Source: Thermodesulfobacteriota bacterium
GTDB lineage: Bacteria > Desulfobacterota > WTBG01 > JAGOGO01
Direction: 5' to 3'
NCBI GenBank assembly: GCA_026625185.1
Contig: CP113000.1
Coordinates: 1,665,622-1,697,621 of the forward strand
DNA: 32,000 bases
Numbering within the stretch: the first letter of the stretch is position 1; every line of letters starts with the position of its first letter. Position numbers and translations under genes: made by a program. A model generated the notes under the pieces. The model made no database searches and was not told the origin of the DNA. It worked only from the letters and a program-made list of their open reading frames with translations. Shown one piece after another: positions 27,580 to 32,000 of this stretch.

Positions 27580-28293
27580 GTGGTGAACTTTCGGGTTCGG
27601 AATTTTTTGACTCTTTCCGGGTTTATTTTTGCCAACCTCGTTTTTGGCCAGGATGACCCCTTCGCTCGCGAACGCAAACGGATGGTACAGGAAGATCTCG
27701 CCGGCCGGGACATCACCGACAAAAAAGTTCTGGACGCCATGGGCAAGGTAAAACGGCATCTTTTTGTGGATAAGAATCTCTGGGATCAGGCCTATAACGA
27801 TCATCCTCTACCCATAGGTGAAGGACAGACCATTTCCCAGCCGTATGTTGTTGCTCTTATGACCCAGGCTCTTACTATCACGCCCGGGCAGAAAGTGCTT
27901 GAAATTGGCACTGGTGCTGGCTACCAGGCGGCAGTCCTGGCTGAGCTTACCGACAATGTCTATACGATTGAAATTCTGCCGGGCCTAGCCCAAAAAGCAG
28001 CCCAGCGGTTGCGCGCATTAGGGTATGCCTCAGTAAAAGTAAAATGCGGTGATGGGTATGCTGGATGGGAAGAATACGCTCCGTTTGATGCCATCATCAT
28101 CACCTGCGCGGCAACCCATATTCCTCCTCTCCTGTTGAAACAATTAAAAATAGGCGGCAAACTTATCATGCCGCTGGGTGATACCTTCTTTACCCAGGAC
28201 CTCACCTTGGTGATAAAAAAAGAAAGCGGGAACGAAGTGACATCTATCACCGGAGTTGTCTTTGTTCCCATGACCGGCGAGGCCCAACACTGA
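27580..28293 (+). CDS. pcm: Protein-L-isoaspartate O-methyltransferase with an N-terminal signal-peptide-like extension
   Basis: [19 protein letters not shown] and [18 protein letters not shown] (SAM motif), and the C-terminal ..VFVPMTG. GTG start; N-terminal [17 protein letters not shown] is hydrophobic. Confidence 0.9.
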   Translation: MVNFRVRNFLTLSGFIFANLVFGQDDPFARERKRMVQEDLAGRDITDKKVLDAMGKVKRHLFVDKNLWDQAYNDHPLPIGEGQTISQPYVVALMTQALTITPGQKVLEIGTGAGYQAAVLAELTDNVYTIEILPGLAQKAAQRLRALGYASVKVKCGDGYAGWEEYAPFDAIIITCAATHIPPLLLKQLKIGGKLIMPLGDTFFTQDLTLVIKKESGNEVTSITGVVFVPMTGEAQH

Positions 28294-28438
28294 TTTTACG
28301 ATCTTCAATTGTTGTTAATCACAGCATAAATAATGATAATATAATATCCCCTTCACCTCATTTCGCTCCAAAAGGTCGCAGGGTCAAAAAGTCGCAAGGT
28401 CGAATAGGGGAACATTATTTTTTAACCGGAGAGAAAAA

Positions 28439-28559
28439 CTATATGGTTCCTCTAAAAATGTAATTCCTGCGAAAGCAGGAATCCAAAACTAATCGAAATT
28501 ACTGGACTCCCCTCTTCGCGGGAGTGACAACCTGGAAATTATTAGAGGTGCCCTATAAT
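28439..28559. repeat. MITE-like structured repeat element (imperfect terminal inverted repeats plus two internal GC-rich hairpins)
   Basis: Ends are CTATATGGTTCCTCTAAAAATGTAATT and AATTATTAGAGGTGCCCTATAAT, which are imperfect reverse complements. Internal hairpins are ATTCCTGC-GAAA-GCAGGAAT (28463-28482) and ACTCCC-CTCTTCGC-GGGAGT (28506-28525). Confidence 0.45.
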
Positions 28560-28637
28560 TTTACAAACCCCTAACTCCTCTTCCCAGCTTTGTGCTCCGA
28601 TTAATACCTTGCCTGTATTTTTAGATTGTAAACCCGG

Positions 28638-28666
28638 TTGACATTCTGTCGCTTCTGGCGTATAAA
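28638..28666 (+). promoter_or_regulatory. Candidate sigma-70 promoter of uppP (TTGACA, 17 nt spacer, TATAAA)
   Basis: Near-consensus hexamers at 28638-28643 and 28661-28666, about 90 nt upstream of the uppP start. Confidence 0.55.
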
Positions 28667-28758
28667 ATCTTTACCGCGTTAGAAAGACTTTTCGTAAAGT
28701 TCAAAGCGGCGCGTGAAGGATCAGAGATAATCTTTAATCATATCAGAGGAAAGCGGAC

Positions 28759-29547
28759 GTGACTATCCTGCAGGCAGTAATGCTCGGACTGGTTCAAGGG
28801 TTGGGCGAGTTTTTGCCCATATCAAGTTCAGCGCATTTGGTGTTGGTCCCCTGGTTTTTCGGGTGGACCGATCCGGGGCTTACCTTTGATATCGCCTTGC
28901 ACCTGGGAACTTTGTTTGCGGTAGTGCTCTATTTCTGGAAAGACTGGCGGCAGCTCATTACCAAGGGCCTCACCGATGTCCGCAGCGTTCAGGGCCGACT
29001 GTTTTGGTATTTGGCGGCGGCCAGCGTTCCCGGGGGGATAGCGGGATTTCTGTTAGAAAAAAAAGCAGAAACCATATTCCGGGCGCCGGTGTTAATCGCC
29101 ATCATGCTGATCGTGATGGGGGGGCTTTTATGCTGGGCTGACCGAAAAAGCCCGAAGACGACCGGGATAAACCACATCAGCTTTGGAACCAGCATACTCA
29201 TCGGGGTATCCCAGGCGCTGGCGATTATTCCTGGTGTTTCCCGTTCGGGCATTACGATGACCAGCGGATTGTTGCTGGGCCTTACGAGAGAAGGAGCGGC
29301 CCGGTTTTCGTTTTTGTTGTCAACACCCATTATTTTTGGCGCTGCCATGGTTAAACTGCCGCACGTTACGGCAGATCCTTCTGCTCTGGGCGTGAACTTT
29401 ATGGCGGGCGTGCTGACCTCCTGCCTTATTGGTATCGCCAGTATCGGTTTTTTGCTCCGCTATGTTCAGACAAAGGATTTTTTACCCTTCGTCTGGTACA
29501 GATTTATACTCGGCGGTCTGGTTATTGTGGCAACGATGGCGCGTTGA
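28759..29547 (+). CDS. uppP: Undecaprenyl-diphosphate phosphatase (UppP/BacA), 262 aa
   Basis: GLGEFLPISSSAHL and PGVSRSGITMT motifs with 8 hydrophobic segments. GTG start with GAGGA upstream. Confidence 0.92.
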   Translation: MTILQAVMLGLVQGLGEFLPISSSAHLVLVPWFFGWTDPGLTFDIALHLGTLFAVVLYFWKDWRQLITKGLTDVRSVQGRLFWYLAAASVPGGIAGFLLEKKAETIFRAPVLIAIMLIVMGGLLCWADRKSPKTTGINHISFGTSILIGVSQALAIIPGVSRSGITMTSGLLLGLTREGAARFSFLLSTPIIFGAAMVKLPHVTADPSALGVNFMAGVLTSCLIGIASIGFLLRYVQTKDFLPFVWYRFILGGLVIVATMAR

Positions 29548-29933
29548 TAAGAAAATGTTTTTCCTTTATTGACCAACAACGTTTTTACCGATAGTACTTT
29601 TTTGGTTGACTTTGCCACATGTTAGGATTAAAAAAATATTCATCTCATCAGTAGTGTCTCAACGTTAATCAAATAGCGACAACTGGTTATAGCTTTGCTG
29701 AACGTGAATCGGTGCATATTTTTGAGAAAAAGCTTTTAGGATGGGAATGTTCTCAAATAATGACCCGCTTAAAACTTGTAAAATTGCGTAAAGAGACTGT
29801 TCCAGTCTTAACTCCTTTTTCATGATAGCAACAAGCAGATAGGTAGGTATTGCAGGATTAAATTTTATAAATTTTTAAATTAACTCACAAAAGGCTTATC
29901 TTTTGGGGAGACAAAAAACTGTAGGCATTATCT

Positions 29934-30857
29934 ATGAATATTAATAAAGTGGCGGAAAACACATGCGCGGTTGATGCTGGCGTCTTTGGCGTCCGTGGAT
30001 TTACTTCGGTCTACCTTTTGGTTGGTGACACTCTTGCTCTCATTGATAGTGGTTCACCTAAATCAACTCCTTTGATTTTAGAGAGTATAAATTCTTTAGG
30101 CTATAATCCTAAGGATGTTACCAAAATAATTCTTTCTCACATTCATTTCGACCATGGTTCCGGCGCTGGAGAACTATTGAAATTTATGCCTCAAGCCTCA
30201 GTCTATGCTCACTATAGTGGCTGTAAACACCTCATTGACCCCTCACGTCTAACCATAAGTGCTAAAAAGGTGTTTGGGAAAAAGATTGAAGAATGGTACG
30301 GTTGGTTTGCGTCTGTTCCGAAAGAAAGGATTGTTCCGATAAATGATGGAGATATTATAGAATTAGGGGCCAACTATAAACTCAGAGTTTTAGAAACTTC
30401 CGGACACGCCAAACATGAAATTTGTCTTTACGATCCGGCAAGTGGAGGATTATTTGTTGGGGACGAGGCTGGCATATATTTCCCTGAAGCTTCAGCCATA
30501 ATTCCCGCCTCACCTCCTCCTGATTTTGACCCTGACCATAACATAGAAACTATCAAGCGATTACAGGCCCTCAGACCGGAACAACTTTTTTTTGCTCACT
30601 ATTTAACAACCAAAGTGGTGGATGAAACTCTAAGAGCTTATATTGATATTCTGAGTTCTTGGAAGAAAATCGTTGAAGGTGCATTAAACGAAGGGCTTGA
30701 TTTTGACGCTATAGTCAATGCTCTAATAATCCATGCTGCAAAGGTATTAAAAGGCATAGAAAGGCGTGAAGATTTACATGCATTTATTAGGGATCACCAT
30801 ATTCCTATGTGTGCAAATGGGTATATTCATTATTTTAAAAAAACAAGACAAAAGTAA
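29934..30857 (+). CDS. MBL-fold metallo-hydrolase, 307 aa
   Basis: HIHFDHGSG (HxHxDH) motif, with downstream SGHAKHE and FVGDEAG. The substrate cannot be assigned. Confidence 0.8.
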   Translation: MNINKVAENTCAVDAGVFGVRGFTSVYLLVGDTLALIDSGSPKSTPLILESINSLGYNPKDVTKIILSHIHFDHGSGAGELLKFMPQASVYAHYSGCKHLIDPSRLTISAKKVFGKKIEEWYGWFASVPKERIVPINDGDIIELGANYKLRVLETSGHAKHEICLYDPASGGLFVGDEAGIYFPEASAIIPASPPPDFDPDHNIETIKRLQALRPEQLFFAHYLTTKVVDETLRAYIDILSSWKKIVEGALNEGLDFDAIVNALIIHAAKVLKGIERREDLHAFIRDHHIPMCANGYIHYFKKTRQK

Positions 30858-30874
30858 AAACTTTTGTCTTGTTT
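30838..30874 (+). terminator. Intrinsic terminator overlapping the MBL-hydrolase stop codon
   Basis: AAAACAAGACAAAAG [TAAAAA] CTTTTGTCTTGTTTT forms a perfect 15-bp stem ending in a T-run. Confidence 0.7.
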
Positions 30875-30962
30875 TCCATCAAACTTTTTAAAATTATGAA
30901 AAAGGTTTAAATTCGAGGTCCTTTTTTATTGGCTTTAAAAAAGAAATAATATAAGCCAAAAT

Positions 30963-31664
30963 TCACTTGGATAAATTTTTCAGTTCGTTCCGAGCTTTAT
31001 CCGACTGAGGAGTGTTCGGATACTTGTCGATGACTTGCTGCAGGATAAATCGTGCATTATCCTTCTCTCCCAGAAGTTTAAAGCAAATACCTTGCTTTAC
31101 TAAAGCCTCCGGCACTTTATTTCCCTGAGGATATTTGCTAACCGCATCATCAAAAGCAAAAATAGCTTCTATGGTTTTTCCTTCCTTAAAATAGGTCTCC
31201 CCGATCCAGTACTGAGCATCACCTGCCAATTTTGATTGAGGAAATTGCTCGATAAAATTTGAAAATGCTATTTCCGATTCAGGATAACGACCTTCTTTAA
31301 AAATACGGCAGGCATCATTATAAATTTTTTCAGGATCCAAAGGGGTAGTCGGTGGACTTGAAGACACGCAAACTGGTTTATTTTTTTCCAAAGAACCAAT
31401 ACGTGCCCTTATTTCATTCAAGCTTTTATTTGCCGAACACTGGTTTTCATCAACCCGACGGAGGTTGTTTTGTAAATCATCAACTTGTGCTGATAGTTCG
31501 GCTAGCTGTTTTCTAACATCCGTGAAGCTTTGGTTTTCTTTTTTGAGATCTGCAACATCTGATTTGAGGGTATCTATATCCTCATTCATCCGATCTAAAC
31601 TTGCACAGGCGGTGAAAGATAGTAACGGTAGGATCAACAAAATTAGTTTTATTTTAATGAGCAT
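30963..31664 (-). CDS. cpoB: Tol-Pal system protein YbgF/CpoB-like (N-terminal coiled coil plus C-terminal TPR), probable lipoprotein
   Basis: Signal peptide ending in FTAC, a heptad-rich segment (DIDTLKSDVADLKKENQ..LAELSAQVDDLQNNL), and a TPR-like C-terminus (AQYWIGETYFKEGKTIEAIFAFDDAVSKYPQGNKVPEALVKQGICFKLLGEKDNAR). Confidence 0.7.
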   Translation of the reverse strand: MLIKIKLILLILPLLSFTACASLDRMNEDIDTLKSDVADLKKENQSFTDVRKQLAELSAQVDDLQNNLRRVDENQCSANKSLNEIRARIGSLEKNKPVCVSSSPPTTPLDPEKIYNDACRIFKEGRYPESEIAFSNFIEQFPQSKLAGDAQYWIGETYFKEGKTIEAIFAFDDAVSKYPQGNKVPEALVKQGICFKLLGEKDNARFILQQVIDKYPNTPQSDKARNELKNLSK

Positions 31665-31830
31665 AATTTTAGGCCTTTATATTTTGGTTATTCGCTGGCG
31701 AAAATAAATTTTTCCCGGTGCACATTTTGTTAATTTACTACTTCAAAATCAAGCCGCCGAACTTTGTGAAGGCGACTTCGTCATGGTATCCCTTTATTAA
31801 AATAAAATGTTTTCCCAACAAATCTTTTGA

Positions 31831-32000
31831 TTATCCAAAGTGCGCATCAAGGGGCAAAGGATGTCCTCGAAGGAAGAGCGCGGAAGACATTCGCTTATGG
31901 TTTTCTAATTGAATTTCCGTAATAAGAATATGACCTTCACCAGTTGCGACCAAGACACCTTCATCAGAGGTCTTTACGACCTTGCCCGACTCGTGGGAAG
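31831..32000 (-). CDS. fmt: 3' end of methionyl-tRNA formyltransferase (partial, runs off the window)
   Basis: The minus-strand frame reads ..SHESGKVVKTSDEGVLVATGEGHILITEIQLENHKRMSSALFLRGHPLPLDAHFG*. This is the typical Fmt C-terminal pattern (G.I..V..DG..VA.G.G.L.I.E.Q.EGKK.M.A.DFLRG). Stop at 31831-31833. Confidence 0.6.
   Translation of the reverse strand, partial: SHESGKVVKTSDEGVLVATGEGHILITEIQLENHKRMSSALFLRGHPLPLDAHFG

Noticed and set aside
28366-28560. Possible CRISPR array or VNTR in the pcm-uppP spacer
   Set aside because: Only two 16-nt direct repeats, with no regular repeat-spacer architecture and no cas genes in the window. The rest is inverted-repeat (MITE-like) structure.
31718-31912. 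64-aa + strand ORF between ybgF and fmt
   Set aside because: It overlaps the fmt 3' end in antisense, has no RBS, and is AT-rich. The minus-strand Fmt-like frame explains the region.

Overview
The window comes from a diderm bacterium, judged by its TonB-dependent receptor, Tol-Pal YbgF, RND/OMF efflux genes and lipoboxes. The backbone is AT-rich and is interrupted by visibly GC-rich blocks.

Gene content, left to right:
- Two paralogous RND efflux operons: tail of an adaptor, pump and NodT-type OMF, then adaptor, pump and OMF (1-11263).
- On the minus strand: trmB, an MgtE-like Mg2+ channel and a PreP-like M16C peptidase (11338-16290).
- A secreted hypothetical protein.
- A Fur/PerR-family regulator gene followed by a very GC-rich katG.
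- A BtuB-like TonB-dependent receptor under a clear cobalamin riboswitch.
- A roughly 2.2-kb IS1595-family element.
- rpoZ, a sigma-70 family gene, pcm, uppP, an MBL-fold hydrolase, ybgF/cpoB and the 3' end of fmt.

Most noteworthy observations:
1. The IS1595-like element has about 38-bp terminal inverted repeats. These enclose the transposase, a passenger membrane-protein gene, and a 73-nt cloverleaf-like tRNA-like sequence with a nearby 15-nt perfect complement to its anticodon arm.
2. A 249-bp recombination scar (OMF 3' end, spacer and a frameshifted trmB 3' fragment) is duplicated between the two efflux operons.
3. A palindromic motif, CTGGAAyCATTCC, is shared upstream of the fur-family gene and katG.
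4. An orphan promoter/terminator pair may define a small RNA.
5. There are several families of structured intergenic repeats.

I saw no CRISPR array, rRNA or canonical tRNA. All calls were made by eye from the sequence and ORF track; no searches were run.
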